A DNA stretch of 64,000 nucleotides from Tubiluchus corallicola. Taxonomy: Eukaryota > Animalia > Priapulida. The DNA is taken from assembly GCA_030141605.1 (NCBI GenBank), contig JAQGDQ010000763.1, forward strand, positions 1 to 64,000. Direction: 5' to 3'. Below, piece after piece: positions 26,646 to 39,657 of the stretch. The position numbers and the translations under genes are program-made. The notes beneath the pieces were generated by a model. The model was not told the DNA's origin and ran no database searches. It saw only the letters and a program-made list of their open reading frames with translations. The number at the start of each line of letters is the position of its first letter. The stretch's first letter is position 1.

Positions 26646-26721
26646 CCAATGTAGATCAATTTTCGTCTAGATGCAGGGTGCCAGTTGTGATACCTGCTGT
26701 AGTGTAATTGCCACATAGCAT
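26646..26721 (-). pseudogene. GPCR #5: 5' remnant (MLCGNYTTAGITTGTLHLDEN*) with its upstream region retained
   Basis: Aligns with the start of GPCR #6 (30211-30286); TGG changed to TGA; 26722-27150 is paralogous to 30287-30700. Confidence 0.85.
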
Positions 26722-28306
26722 TGTCAAATGTTACCCATTTCACAAGAATATCAACGTTACTGTGACATGAATGTTCGTTCGAGAAATACACCTCTGCTTT
26801 TTACACAGAACACTGCACAACTGACCAGCATTTTTACATGCCAGACAGCGTTGCTAAATAGAATATTCCAGCATCGTCACAAACAATAGGTCTTGTGTAC
26901 ATTCCTAAAAGCCATTAATGCATATAATTATGTGTATATAACAGAAAGTTTTTAGTTTCAATAGTTGTAATTTCCTGAATAGCAAAACCGATGTGACACT
27001 TACAAAGTGGCACAAATGTGTTCATCTAAACAAAGAAACTACACGGACGATAACGTAATTGTAATTTATGTCACTGCAAAATTGATGGTGACAACGCAAC
27101 GTTAGCAAAATAAGCCTTTTGTCCATTGTCTTTCAGACGTATCTAGTCTGCAGGAATCGCATAGCAAATTCACAAATTGAAGAAACCGAATTATCGGCTA
27201 ATAGCAGCAATATTATTAATCAGTTAAGGTTAACAATTGAAAGCTCAAAAAATGATTTAGTAGTCGTATGTTCATTAAAATATGTATAATGTACTTTAGA
27301 AAAATTACTTGACATGTAGTTAGAAAACGACCGTCTTTCAATGAATGATGCGATCACCCCGACATGCATTGAATCATTATTTGTAACAATAATGTGAAGG
27401 AAGACAGGATGATTTTTCATATGCTACCACTTTCTCAAATCTGATAAAAATGATACATTTTAACGTAATTAATACCGCAAAAGCGTTTCTGATAATTAGA
27501 TTGTAAAGTAGGAACTTTATTAACAGCGGGCGAGCCCGACTATTGATGACATCACAAACTAACATAATTTTCAACAGCAGCAACACAATGCACGAGCGGG
27601 TTTCATGTGTTTGAAAAGAGAAAATTGAAGTACAGTGCTACTGTAAGATATTCAGTTTGTTGTACTAAAACTAGGCAAGTTTTAAGATAAAAATTTAAAT
27701 TTGAAATTTACGCATAAGCTGTCGAATGTGTGCACTTCGTCACAAACTAACGCATCTGAACTGAAAGGTACATCACTTGTTTTTTGTGCAATGTGTTTGC
27801 GAAATGCAGGCGCTAGTGCCCGTCTAACTAGCGAATGGCGACATCAATTCGACTACAGTTTATTTTCTGTAACATTATATTAAAGGTGATGTATGTTTAA
27901 TATTGTTTAAATGAACTTACAACCGTAATCTCAACCAATGTTACAGATTACGAATCCACTTTCAATAGTTTTTATCAATTTATTTTTAACAAAATTCACA
28001 TACATGTAAACAATGTTGTGAGTTTATTTAATTTGTACTTTGTGCGTAAATAGTTTACAAGGTATGGTCACATACATGACTATTCTCCTCCCTACTACAG
28101 CAATCGTTGCTTTTCAGCATCCAGCTACAAAATTTCAAGTAGCAAATATTGTCTAAAATCATTTAGTGTTGCTCTGTAGGGTGAGATTATGAGGGTCGAA
28201 TTAAAAAGAGGAAGCAGACATTATAACTGAAATAACGAAATGAAGAAATCCTCTTTATTTGTAATAATTTACAGATTGAAAGATATAATATGCATACCTG
28301 TTGATG

Positions 28307-28655
28307 CTATACGCACGTGGCGCCAACTGTTAACAAAATTGCGAACATTTACACATTTTAATTTCTTCTGCTGCTCTTCTTCTAACTCTATGCCTACACT
28401 ACTCTATACGCACGTGGCGCCAACTGTTAACAAAAATGCAAACATTTATACATTTTAATTTCTTCTGCTGCTCTTCTTCTAACTCCATGCCTACACTACT
28501 CTTTATGCACGTGACGCCACCTGTTAACAAAAATGCAAACATTTACACATTTTAATTTCTTCTGCTGCTCTTCTTCTAACTCTATGCCTACACTACTCTA
28601 TACGCACTTGGCGCCAACTGTTAACAAAAATGCAAACATTTACACATTTTAATTT
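28307..28655. repeat. ~97-bp tandem repeat, ~3.5 copies
   Basis: TATACGCACGTGGCGCCAACTGTTAACAAAA recurs with a period of ~97. Confidence 0.9.
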
Positions 28656-28973
28656 TACCTGCGATATATTTTTTTATTTATTTATTAGTATGAAAAATAC
28701 ATGCAAGACATACATACAATATCAATTTTGAAATATACAAAAAACAAGACATATATACAATTTCAATTGTGAAATATAATGACACATTATAAAAATTATG
28801 AAATAAAGTTTATCTAATTTCAGTAATCTAACCTAATCTGACCCAATCTAATAAAGTGTCCCCAACAACTGTCTTTTGCCTTCATTTCACCTGAAGATTC
28901 CAGAAGAATAAATAGTAAACAAACGTTTGAAAATCAACAAAATTTGGGGGAAGCAAAAGATCAAACAGCTTCA

Positions 28974-29458
28974 TTTGAACGCTGCTCTAAATTTACCTCT
29001 GTTGTTACCTTCACTGGCATCTCAGAATCTTCTTGAACACTGCTCTAAATTTACCTCTGTTGTTACCTTCACTGGCATCTCAGAATCTTCTTGAACGCTG
29101 CTCTAAATTTACCTCTGTTGTTACCTTCACTGGCATCTCAGAATCTTCTTGAACGCTGCTCTAAATTTACCTCTGTTTTTACCTTCACTGGCATCTCAGA
29201 ATCTTCTTGAACGCTGCTCTAAATCTACCTCTGTTGTTACCTTCACTGGCATCTCAGAATCTTCTTGAACGCTGCTCTAAATTTACCTCTGTTGTTACCT
29301 TCACTGGCATCTCAGAATCTTCTTGAACGCTGCTCTAAATTTACCTCTGTTGTTACCTTCACTGGCATCTCAGAATCTTCTTGAACGCTGCTCTAAATTT
29401 ACCTCTGTTGTTACCTTCACTGGCATCTCAGAATCTTCTTGAACGCTGCTCTAAATTT
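28974..29458 (-). repeat. 58-bp tandem repeat (~8 copies) made from the last codons, stop codon and 3'UTR start of GPCR #6
   Basis: Unit encodes KFRAAFKKILRCQ* plus ~16 nt; period 58. Confidence 0.95.
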
Positions 29459-30286
29459 GCCATTTGTTGCCACGTATATGAAAGGGTTAACAGCACTGTT
29501 CCAGTAACTGATCCGTGCTACAACCCAGTGAGCCACACTTGACACGCACAGTGGACATTTTGAAAACTTTATTGCCAAAATGGAGTACGGACCCCAACAA
29601 ATGAAAAACGCAAGAGTGACGATGGCTAAAGTTTTCGTTGCTTTCATTTCCATCACTCTTGTACTAGTTTGTCGGTTTTGGTTGTGAATTTGCAAAATTT
29701 GCTTTCTTGCTGCTCGCCATATTAACACATATAGTAAAACCATTACTGTCATAGGTAGATAAATTGTTATAGTTATGGTGGCAACGAAAAAGAAATTCAG
29801 TGCTTCCATGTATGCTAAAACAAAGGCAAAAACCCACGTAATAGATAATGTGGTACCTAATGTTCTCTTTGTAAAGTATGTGTTGTATTTGTAAGGGTGC
29901 AAAACTGCTACGTATCTCTCACCTGCAATTAAACACAAGTGTAATATACTGCTGTTCAGAACCACCAATGTTACAAAAAGTTCAACAGAGTAATACAAAG
30001 TGCCAAAATGTTCAGCGTATACTAGACCAATGATTTCAACTGGTAGTGGTACCAGTCCAAATAGCAGATCTGTTACAGCTAGTGATACGATCAGTGCATT
30101 CGTTCTTGTTTGCAACTGCTCATACTTGTAAACTGCAATTAAAACTAGCAAGTTTCCAGCAACTATAATGACTATAATAACAGCCAACCACACAAAAATT
30201 ATTACAACCACCAATGTAGACCAATTTTCGTGTAGATGCAGGGTGCCAGTTGTGTTTTCCACTGTAGTGTAATTGTCACGTAGCAT
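29417..30286 (-). CDS. Single-exon class A GPCR #6 (289 aa)
   Basis: 7TM motifs. Confidence 0.93.
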   Translation of the reverse strand: MLRDNYTTVENTTGTLHLHENWSTLVVVIIFVWLAVIIVIIVAGNLLVLIAVYKYEQLQTRTNALIVSLAVTDLLFGLVPLPVEIIGLVYAEHFGTLYYSVELFVTLVVLNSSILHLCLIAGERYVAVLHPYKYNTYFTKRTLGTTLSITWVFAFVLAYMEALNFFFVATITITIYLPMTVMVLLYVLIWRAARKQILQIHNQNRQTSTRVMEMKATKTLAIVTLAFFICWGPYSILAIKFSKCPLCVSSVAHWVVARISYWNSAVNPFIYVATNGKFRAAFKKILRCQ

Positions 30287-31222
30287 TGTTATATGTTACC
30301 ATTTCACATGAACACCAACGTTACTCTGACATGTTTGTTCACTCAAGAAATACAATTCTGCTTTTTAACACAGAAGCCTGCACATCTCATTAGTATTTTA
30401 GAATGCTTAGACTTTTGTTAGTATGGCATCATTACAAACAACACATCTTGTGTACATTCCTAAAAGCCTTCATTTAATTGCGTATATATAATAGAGAGTA
30501 GCATATTGCAATGTTTGCTGCGATGAATAGTCCTAAATTATTACACTCACAAAATGGCGCAAATAATGTCCATCTAAACAAAGAATCTAAAGCTAACTGT
30601 TATTTGATTGTAAAAACTACGTTTGTGGTGATAATACAATATTAGCAATGTAAGCTTTTTGTCTTGTGAACCTCGTATCTTTTTCCGGAGCCAGATGCAT
30701 TGCAAATTCTCAAGTTGGACAAACGATTTTGCAAAGACAATTTAGCACATAGCAGTTTTATAAAGGTGCTGCATACACTTGATGTAGTGCATAGATGGGA
30801 AGAAAAGATTTATTACAATCAGCTTTAGAATATTAATATTCTATGACTATAATCAACTACAGTTTTCACACAAAAAAAACTGAAGGCTGCTATTGTTTTA
30901 ATCTTGTTTTTAAAGAATAAACAGTTTCAAACGAATTCGGTAAGTTAGCAAATACAAGTTGAATCCAGTATTGCTGTATCGTGCTACCAACTTTTTGTAT
31001 TAATATCCTACAAGGATGACAACCAGGCAGACAAGATTTCAGGAGAGTTCGCTTCTCGACTGTATAGAGCCGTTTTCCATCTGTTCCAAACATCCACAGA
31101 AATGCGCTATTTGCAGAGCTGCACAAAATTTATTGTTGATTAGTTAAGATGGTGACATAGTAGACATCTTGGATTATGTTGAACTCGAGTGAAAAATGTT
31201 TCAAGACCAAGTACATTGTTGT

Positions 31223-32092
31223 TTAATTGTCTCCGTGTCTGATTATTTTCCTAAATGCTGTTTTAAATCTCTTATTTGATGCCGCATATATGATGGGGTT
31301 GATTCCGCTGTTGCAATATCCAAATAGCATTATATATCGCATTGCAGTTCTTGAAATGCAGAAATTGCATCTGGGGTTGATTATGGAAAACACTGTAAAC
31401 GGTGCAAAGCAAACAACAAATGCAACAGTCACGACGATGAACATTTTCGTCGCTTTCATTTCTGTCACTTTAATGCTGATCTGCTGGTCTTGCTCGTGAA
31501 TTTGCAAAACCTGTCTTCTTGCAATCCTCCAGATGAGTGCATACACAAGAATCATGAGCAGCATTGGCAAGCATTTCGTTACAACAGCTGAAACGAGTCG
31601 TAGCCGATAAATGTCCAGACTTGCTAGGAGGAATGAAGTTACCCACGTTGAACATAATACAACAGCCAATGTTGTCTTTGTGAAGTAAATGCTGTATTTA
31701 AAAGGATGCATAACAGCGAAATACCTCTCTGCAGTTATGACACATAAATGTACTATGCCGCAGTCTATAGTCACGATGGCAATGACTTTTCTGACAGTAT
31801 AATACACTGGAGAAAGTTGTGTTGTGTATAAGATGGTGGGGATTTTTGAAGGCAATGTTACCAGTCCAATTAACAGGTCAGTGGTAGCTAAGGACACAAT
31901 GAGTGCATTAACTTTCGTCTGCAGTTGTTCATGCTTATAAACTGCGATCAAAACTAACGAATTACCAATGATTATAATTATTATTAATAGTAGATGTAAA
32001 ATTACTAGGATTATTATGCTGGGCAACGTGATATTATTCCATAACTCGCTGGTAAAATTGTGTGTTGTATTATTATCATTAGCGTCAGGCAT
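31223..32092 (-). CDS. Single-exon class A GPCR #7 (289 aa, divergent subtype)
   Basis: GN, LAxxD, ERY, CFAP, NPIIY, FKTAF. Confidence 0.93.
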   Translation of the reverse strand: MPDANDNNTTHNFTSELWNNITLPSIIILVILHLLLIIIIIIGNSLVLIAVYKHEQLQTKVNALIVSLATTDLLIGLVTLPSKIPTILYTTQLSPVYYTVRKVIAIVTIDCGIVHLCVITAERYFAVMHPFKYSIYFTKTTLAVVLCSTWVTSFLLASLDIYRLRLVSAVVTKCLPMLLMILVYALIWRIARRQVLQIHEQDQQISIKVTEMKATKMFIVVTVAFVVCFAPFTVFSIINPRCNFCISRTAMRYIMLFGYCNSGINPIIYAASNKRFKTAFRKIIRHGDN

Positions 32093-32199
32093 TAGGAACT
32101 ATAGTCGTGCATTTTAAAGTGCATTTTTGTTGAAGACATTCAATAATTTTTTCTGCAATAAATGTTTCTCATTTGTAAATGTATTCTACATTTTCTCAA

Positions 32200-32835
32200 G
32201 CACAGTGATCGTACCCAGGGTGCTGAGATCCATTGTGAGGCTTCACCTGTATCTGGGGTTGCACAAGGAAGTGTTTTGGGGCCTTTGTTCTTTTCACTGT
32301 ACATAGACGATATCGACCATAAACTAGTCTCGAAGATATTGATGTTTGTTGACGATGTGAAATTGACGCGATCCGTACTGGACGATCTTTAGAACCAATG
32401 ACTTCAGCAAGACCTTGACATCTTAATGAAGTTTGATGCTCAAGATTCCAAATGTAAATCTCTTCATGTTGACGGAAGTAGTTGTTTGGCTTGGTGTACA
32501 TTTAACCTTGATCTTCTGTTGAATGTAGAAACGGAAATTTACGAGTTTTATCCGATAGTACACAGAACTTGTGTAATCACATTGTGAGCAAAAATAAGAA
32601 AAGGAGGCCAGATCTTAGGCCTGATAGTCAAATCGTTTGTGCCAGCACAAGAGTTATATTTCTACACTACAAGAAACGGGTATGTCAACATCTGGAATAC
32701 CTCAAACAAGTCTGGAATCCTCAGTTTATTAAATACACGAATCTACGCGAGACATTACAAGAGCGTGCAACAGAACTCAACAGCCTAAACTATGAACAAA
32801 AACTAAGAAAGTTGCCACTGTACAGATTCTACTGA
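32200..32835 (+). mobile_element. Degraded CR1-like LINE reverse transcriptase fragment
   Basis: SGVAQGSVLGPLFFSLYIDD...MFVDDVKL and HLEY..QVWNP motifs, broken by stops and frameshifts. Confidence 0.85.
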
Positions 32836-33135
32836 CGGCACATGATATAGCACTTGCGTATTACGCTAAAGATATGAACCAAAATACCTAATGTCCCTTT
32901 ATTGAACATATGAACAGTTTTTCTAACACCTCAGCTTTACGTGTAACAACTATATATGGATCCTGTTCCATGATTGCTCTTTGTATGTGCATGCTGTGCT
33001 AATAGTAATGCTAATCATTATTGTCACCGGGCTTCCTTCATTTGTTTGACGAATGGCATCAGCTACTTGTCATTAACATTGTAATGTTACACCATTAACA
33101 AAGCAATGCATTAATGCTAAGAGTTTTGAAAACCA

Positions 33136-33720
33136 ATTTGCAAAATTTGCTTTCTTGCTGCTTTCCATATTAATACAGTGAGACTATAATTGTTGCTTGT
33201 AAACAGGTCAAAATACAGGAAACAATCGTGCTGTTGTCCATTATTTCGAAATACGCTGATATAATGCCAGAGAGCCATGTAATGGATAATATCACGCTCA
33301 ATGTTCTCTTCGTAAAATAAATGTTGTATTTGTAAGGATGCAAAATGGCTACATATCTCTCAACAGCAATTAAGCATAAGTGCAGTATGCTGTAATTTAA
33401 AGCAACCAATATAACAAAATTTTTAAGACTTTTACCTGGAAGGTTAACACGTCTAACATATATTACAGTGACAAATTCAATTGGCACTGATATCAGTCCA
33501 CATAGCAGATCTGCTACAGCTAGGGATGCGATCAGTGCATTCGTTCTTGTTTGCAGCCGCACATACTTGTAAACCTTGCAATTAAGACTAGCAAGTTTCC
33601 AACAACTGTAATAATAATTAACCATCCTAGGAATGCTACAACAGTCAGTATAATCCAATCTTTCTTGTGATACACTTCGTCAGTTATGTTTCCTATCATA
33701 GTATCATTTTTGAATGGCAT
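33136..33720 (-). pseudogene. GPCR #8 pseudogene (frameshifted and 3'-truncated; most similar to #2)
   Basis: 2-bp insertion after TM1 (~33575), small deletion in TM5 (~33170), homology ends after KQILQ. Confidence 0.9.
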
Positions 33721-35368
33721 TGTCAGACCCTGTCGTTAAACAGTAGCACTAACATTACTTTTTAACTTTATTTTTAGTTAAGTTGAGAAATGCAAATATT
33801 TGATGCAACATATCAGAAAGTCTACACATCTCGTCTATAGTATCACACGTATGTTCCTTGCAACATAAGTATGCATTTCGTATTATACCCATTCCTGGTA
33901 CCTGTCCATGCCTATAGTTGTCATTTGCAATTATCTCTATTATAATGCTGTGCATAATAGGTAACAGCAATTTGCCATGTTTGCCAAAATGGCGTTGGGA
34001 AATAGGAGTCAACATGATAGTGTATGTGGATGCTTATTTAAACAAGATTCTACACAAAAGTGTTATACAAACTTTGGCATATAATGTATGACATTTATGT
34101 AGTAGCAAAATAAGTTTTTTTTAGATAGTGCAATGTATGAACAATAAACTCTTTATCCATTGTTTGTCTTCTAGCTCACATACCAGGTCTAGTGGCAATT
34201 GTGGAACAAATTCAACAGATCAAGAGACAAAAAATAATTGTCATTATAATGTATATTTGGTTTATGAAAGTGCCACTTATATTTGAAATAGGAACAGAAA
34301 GCTGCTATAGTAAGCGTTCAGATATCCTCATTCCACGGCTCTTGATCAACTACAGTTTGCACATGAAAAGACTGGATTCTGCTATTGGTTTTCTTTAGTC
34401 ATCGATAAGCACGTGCAATCAGATTAACTGTATAAACAAGCTTAGCTACAATTGAATTAGGCCCTTCCTCAATGCAGGCAGTTTACTGCAGATGAAATTA
34501 CATCAGCAATTCTAAATAATTACCAATTCATTTACAAATTGGTCTAAATGCTGCTTAACGTCGACAAAGCACTGTCTGTCACCCGCATTCAGGTATTCCC
34601 CTTGCAATTATTGTCATACAATGTATTAATCATTATAATTATACATAACTAAATAATTTAACAAAATCAAGAGAATTGTAAAAATTATGCCGTTCTAACA
34701 GATATAGTTATAATTTCCCAGCTGTTTGCCAATTTTATCTAAGTATGATAACTTCATTTTACTTATTTAGCTTTTTAGTTCTATTACATGTATCACTCAG
34801 TTATTTCGATTGTGATTTATACGCGCTAAGGTACAATTGAAGTTGTTTTTTCGGCATACGTTCGTTTTTTCCTTGTTTTACTTACCATATTTGGTTTTGG
34901 ACAGTTAGTGACAAATGATTTGATGCAATTAAATAACCATTATGTTATTTTTTGTGGAAATTGTAACTCCATTAGTACATCTATCTATTGATAAATCGTG
35001 TTTTGTAAAATCACAGAAGACTGGCTGTTGCTAGTCAATTGTATCACAGTGTGATAAGCTGGAGTATCAGATTTTATCAAATAACTTGAAACTGTATTTC
35101 GTCCTTCACTTAGGTCAGGTTCACACTATCCTAAACGTGTCCAACTGACGTTTTTGATGGAAAAATAAAACGAAAACAGAAGTAATCTGACAACGACAGT
35201 ATCTTTTTGTAGGAACAATATTAAATCAACTAATGCTCAATTGTCCATAAACTACATAGTCATAAATGAAACTTATAATGAAAACCACATGGAATTTTTA
35301 TCAAATTAAAAAGTTTAATGAAAAGTTTAATGTAAGTGATCATGGTTTGCAGGAAAATTTCATGGATT

Positions 35369-35371
<3 letters not shown>

Positions 35372-35418
<47 letters not shown>
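35372..35418. repeat. (TA)n microsatellite
   Basis: Direct observation. Confidence 0.95.
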
Positions 35419-35442
<24 letters not shown>

Positions 35443-35627
35443 TGTCCGTTCCCATTCCTCATCCCTTCCACACTGTTTGTTGGAAATGGTTAGGCAGTTT
35501 TTGTCCTATCCTGTTAACTAACACAAAATTGCAGAGATAATGACTGCATGGCTACCCTTTTATTTTTAAACTTATAATCTCACATCAACACAAAATTCAA
35601 AATATTCTGACAATTTTTAATAAATCG

Positions 35628-36491
35628 TCACTTGCATATAATGATCTTTTTAAATGCCGTTCTGAATTTGCTATTCCACACTGCATAGATGAAAGGATTA
35701 GCAGCACTATTAAAGTTACCCAATAGCACCACGTAGCGAATGGTTTCGGCAGAAACGCAAGCTGCACAAGCCCTGTCAATTGCGGCAAATACCGAATACG
35801 GTGCCCAACAAATAAAAAACGTAGCAGTAACGATGATTAAAGTTTTTGTTGCTTTCATTTCCGTCACCTTTGTGCTAGTTTGTTGGCTCTGATCTCGAAT
35901 TTGTAAAAATTGTTTTCGTGCTACTTTCCATATTACTGCATATAACACAAGCAACACTAATGTAGGCATGTAAATTACTACCAAAGTACTAGCCAGTCTG
36001 TTCAAATTGAACACATCAATCCATGCAACTGCAAACGAGAAAAACCACGTTACACACACAGCAGCGATTAATGTGCATTTTGTGACACAGACGTTGTACT
36101 TGTAAGGATAAACAATGGCTAGGTATCTCTCACCGGCTATTAGACATAGGTGTATTATGCTACAATCAGCGATAGTGTAAGAAACAACTGAATTACTAAT
36201 GTAAAGTGCAGAATTAGATTGGATAGGAGAAAAGGTTAGAATAACTTTCATAGGAAGAGACAGAAATCCATTCATTAAGTCTGTTACAGCCAATGATACA
36301 ATGAGTGCATGCATTTTTGTTTGTAGATGCTGATATCTATAAGCTACAGCCAAAACCAGTGAGTTACCAACAATTATTACAACAATCACCAACAGATGGA
36401 GCGTCACTGCAGTGACGACAAAACTGGAACTAAAACCGTGGTGTGAGTTGCTAGATCCATTCTTGATTGTAGAATCATTTTCAGCAAACAT
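35628..36491 (-). CDS. Single-exon class A GPCR #9 (287 aa)
   Basis: 7TM motifs. Confidence 0.93.
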   Translation of the reverse strand: MFAENDSTIKNGSSNSHHGFSSSFVVTAVTLHLLVIVVIIVGNSLVLAVAYRYQHLQTKMHALIVSLAVTDLMNGFLSLPMKVILTFSPIQSNSALYISNSVVSYTIADCSIIHLCLIAGERYLAIVYPYKYNVCVTKCTLIAAVCVTWFFSFAVAWIDVFNLNRLASTLVVIYMPTLVLLVLYAVIWKVARKQFLQIRDQSQQTSTKVTEMKATKTLIIVTATFFICWAPYSVFAAIDRACAACVSAETIRYVVLLGNFNSAANPFIYAVWNSKFRTAFKKIIICK

Positions 36492-36897
36492 TATTAACTA
36501 ATCCATTAGTTAACTAATCAGTTGTAACTATTATAAGTTGTAATTATTTTCTATTGAGTTTTCTCCAAGAGCCACAAGTTTCAGAGAAAGACGAGTGTGC
36601 AAGAAAATTGTCCAACTCTGTGGATTCGTAACTGCATTCACATTTTCACATAAAAGTCACAGCCAAATTTTCGAATCAAAACACTTTTTATGACAAACTT
36701 CACAAAAGGCAAAGTTTTGTGCTACTGCTGCGAATTGTCGTAACCCAATTGTCATGCTTTTTACGTTACACTTTGAAACTCGAACTAACAGCATTAACAT
36801 TATCTGTTTTCTAGTACCTCGAATTCTAGTAACTGCATTCACATTTCACATGAAAGTCAAACAGAAAGTTCGCAAATCAAAACACTTTAACGACATA

Positions 36898-37392
36898 TTG
36901 CACAAAAGTCAAAATGCCAAACTGCTGCTGCAGAACAGTCATAAACCAACTGCCACGTTTTGCACAAAAGTCAAAATGCTAAACTACTGCTGCAGAACAG
37001 TCATAAACCAACTGCCACGTTTTGCACAAAAGTCAAAATGCTAAACTACTGCTGCAGAACAGTCATAAACCAACTGCCACGTATTGCACAAAAGTCAAAA
37101 TGCTAAACTACTGCTGCAGACAGTCATAAACCAACTGCCACGTATTGCACAAAAGTCAAAATGCTAAACTGCTGCTGCAGAACAGTCATAAACAAACTGC
37201 CACGTATTGCACAAAAGTCAAAATGCTAAACTGCTGCTGCAGAACAGTCATAAACAAACTGCCACGTTTTGCACAAAAGTCAAAATGCTAAACTACTGCT
37301 GCAGAACAGTCATAAACCAACTGCCACGTTTTGCACAAAAGTCAAAACGCTAAACTACTGCTGCAGAACATTCATAAACCAACTGCCACGTT
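36898..37392. repeat. 62-bp minisatellite, 8 copies, upstream of GPCR #9
   Basis: Unit TTGCACAAAAGTCAAAATGCTAAACTACTGCTGCAGAACAGTCATAAACCAACTGCCACGTT. Confidence 0.95.
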
Positions 37393-38390
37393 TTTTGCCG
37401 TTTTATGTGTAGTACAATGCATTTCTTCTTCATTTGGCAGGTGTAGTTCATCAATCAACATTACAGAGTGTAAACAGACAGATAACATTGAGGAGCACGA
37501 GTCAAAGCTTTTTGCTCTGTATGTCATGCCATTTGTTCACTTGTAGTAGAAAGATATATTTGCTACAGCTTCAATATTTACCAGAAATTGGTTTGTGATA
37601 ACAGGCATTGCGTGCAGCCCGTGTGCATCCAAAACCGTTTAATGAATAAAAAAGGGAGGTAGTTTAGACCTGGTTCAATAAAAAAATGTTTTGTTTGTGA
37701 CATTGACATTGTGTGTGTGTGTGTGCGCGCACGCGTGTGTGTGCACACGTGCGTGTGGGTGTCCATGTGTATGTGTATGTGTGTGTATGTGTGTGTGTGT
37801 GTGTGCTTGCGTGTGTGCGTGTTCGTGTGTTTAATTCATTTTAGAATTCTGACTACAGTAGAGGTACGGGCATGTTATGATGATGATGATGATAATGTGC
37901 GTGTGTGTGTGCATGCGTGCATGTGTGGGAGGGGGTGAAATTGCGAAAAATCTGACACCAAATGTTAATTTTCCACTCTGTGCGGATTGTATTTCTTGGG
38001 ACATAATTTTCATACAAAAGTTTACACATTTTGCTGGTAACATTTCTGGTCATTTCAAGCTTTTAAGGTCACTCTGTAAATTCGCACTGAAAAGTGGCAT
38101 TTGAGCAGTTTTCTGTTATCAGTGTTTTTCTGAATTTTTTTAGTGAAGCCCCGCAAATGATTTTTGCTTATAAATAAACTTATAATCATCCCCTCAACAA
38201 AGTTTCTTGGAAATGGATAGGTGGTTTTTGTGCTATCCTGTTAAGTAACAAAAAAATAAACCAACCAACCAATAAATGGCAATTGACACATAATTGGTGT
38301 AGTAATCATGAACCAGCTGCATTATTATTTCTAATCCTATAATCTCCCAACAGCCAAAACTCAAAATATTCTGACAATTTTAATAAATCT

Positions 38391-39251
38391 TCACTTGCGC
38401 GAGATGATCTTTTTAAATGCCGTTCTGAATTTGCTGTTCCACACTGCATAGATGAAAGGATTTGCAGCACTATTACAGTTACCCAATAGCACCACGTAGC
38501 AAATGGTTTCGACAGAAACGCAAGCTGCACAAGCCTTGCCAATTGTGGCAAATACCGAATACGGTGCCCAACAAATAAAAAACGTAGCCGTAACGATGAT
38601 TAAAGTTTTTGTTGCTTTCGTTTCCGTCACCTTTGTGCTACTCTGTTGGCTCTGATCACGAATTTGTAAAAGTTGTTTTCGTGCTACTTTCCATATTACT
38701 GCATATAACACAAGCAGCACTAATGTAGGCATGTAAATTACTACCAAAGTAGCCAGTACGTTCAAATTACACACATCAATCCATGCAACTGCAAACGAGA
38801 AAAACCACGTTACACATACAGCAGCGATTAATGTACATTTTGTGACACAGACGTTGTACTTGTAAGGATACACAATGGCTAGGTATCTCTCACCGGCTAT
38901 TAGACATAGGTGTATTATGCTACAATTAACGATAGTGTAAGAAACAACTGAATTACTAATGTAAAGTGCAGAATTAGATTGGATAGGAGAAAAGGTTAGA
39001 ATAACTTTCATAGGAAGAGACAGAAATCCATTCATTAAGTCTGTTACAGCCAATGATACAATGAGTGCATGCATTTTTGTTTGTAGATGCTCATATCTAT
39101 AAGCTACAGCCAAAACCAGTGAGTTACCAACAATTATTACAACAATCACCAACAGATGGAGCGTCACTGCAGTGACGACAAAACTGGAACTAAAACCGTG
39201 GTGTGAGTTGCTAGATCCATTCTTGATTGTAGAATCATTTTCAGCAAACAT
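38391..39251 (-). CDS. Single-exon class A GPCR #10 (286 aa), recent duplicate of #9
   Basis: 7TM motifs; 5' half and upstream region nearly identical to #9. Confidence 0.93.
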   Translation of the reverse strand: MFAENDSTIKNGSSNSHHGFSSSFVVTAVTLHLLVIVVIIVGNSLVLAVAYRYEHLQTKMHALIVSLAVTDLMNGFLSLPMKVILTFSPIQSNSALYISNSVVSYTIVNCSIIHLCLIAGERYLAIVYPYKYNVCVTKCTLIAAVCVTWFFSFAVAWIDVCNLNVLATLVVIYMPTLVLLVLYAVIWKVARKQLLQIRDQSQQSSTKVTETKATKTLIIVTATFFICWAPYSVFATIGKACAACVSVETICYVVLLGNCNSAANPFIYAVWNSKFRTAFKKIISRK

Positions 39252-39657
39252 TATTAACTAATCCATTAGTTAACTAATCAGTTGTAACTATTATAAGTTG
39301 TAATTATTTTCTATTGAGTTTTCTCCAAGAGCCACAAGTTTCAGAGAAAGACGAGTGTGCAAGAAAATTGTCCAACTCTGTGGATTCGTAACTGCATTCA
39401 CATTTTCACATAAAAGTCACAGCCAAATTTTCGAATCAAAACACTTTTTATGACAAACTTCACAAAAGGCAAAGTTTTGTGCTACTGCTGCGAATTGTCG
39501 TAACCCAATTGTCATGCTTTTTACGTTACACTTTGAAACTCGAACTAACAGCATTAACATTATCTGTTTTCTAGTACTTCGAATTCTAGTAACTGCATTC
39601 ACATTTCACATGAAAGTCAAACAGAAAGTTCGCAAATCAAAACACTTTAACGACATA

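Noticed and set aside
25130-26707. Series of identical 61-67 aa ORFs
   Set aside because: Translations of the 89-bp higher-order repeat
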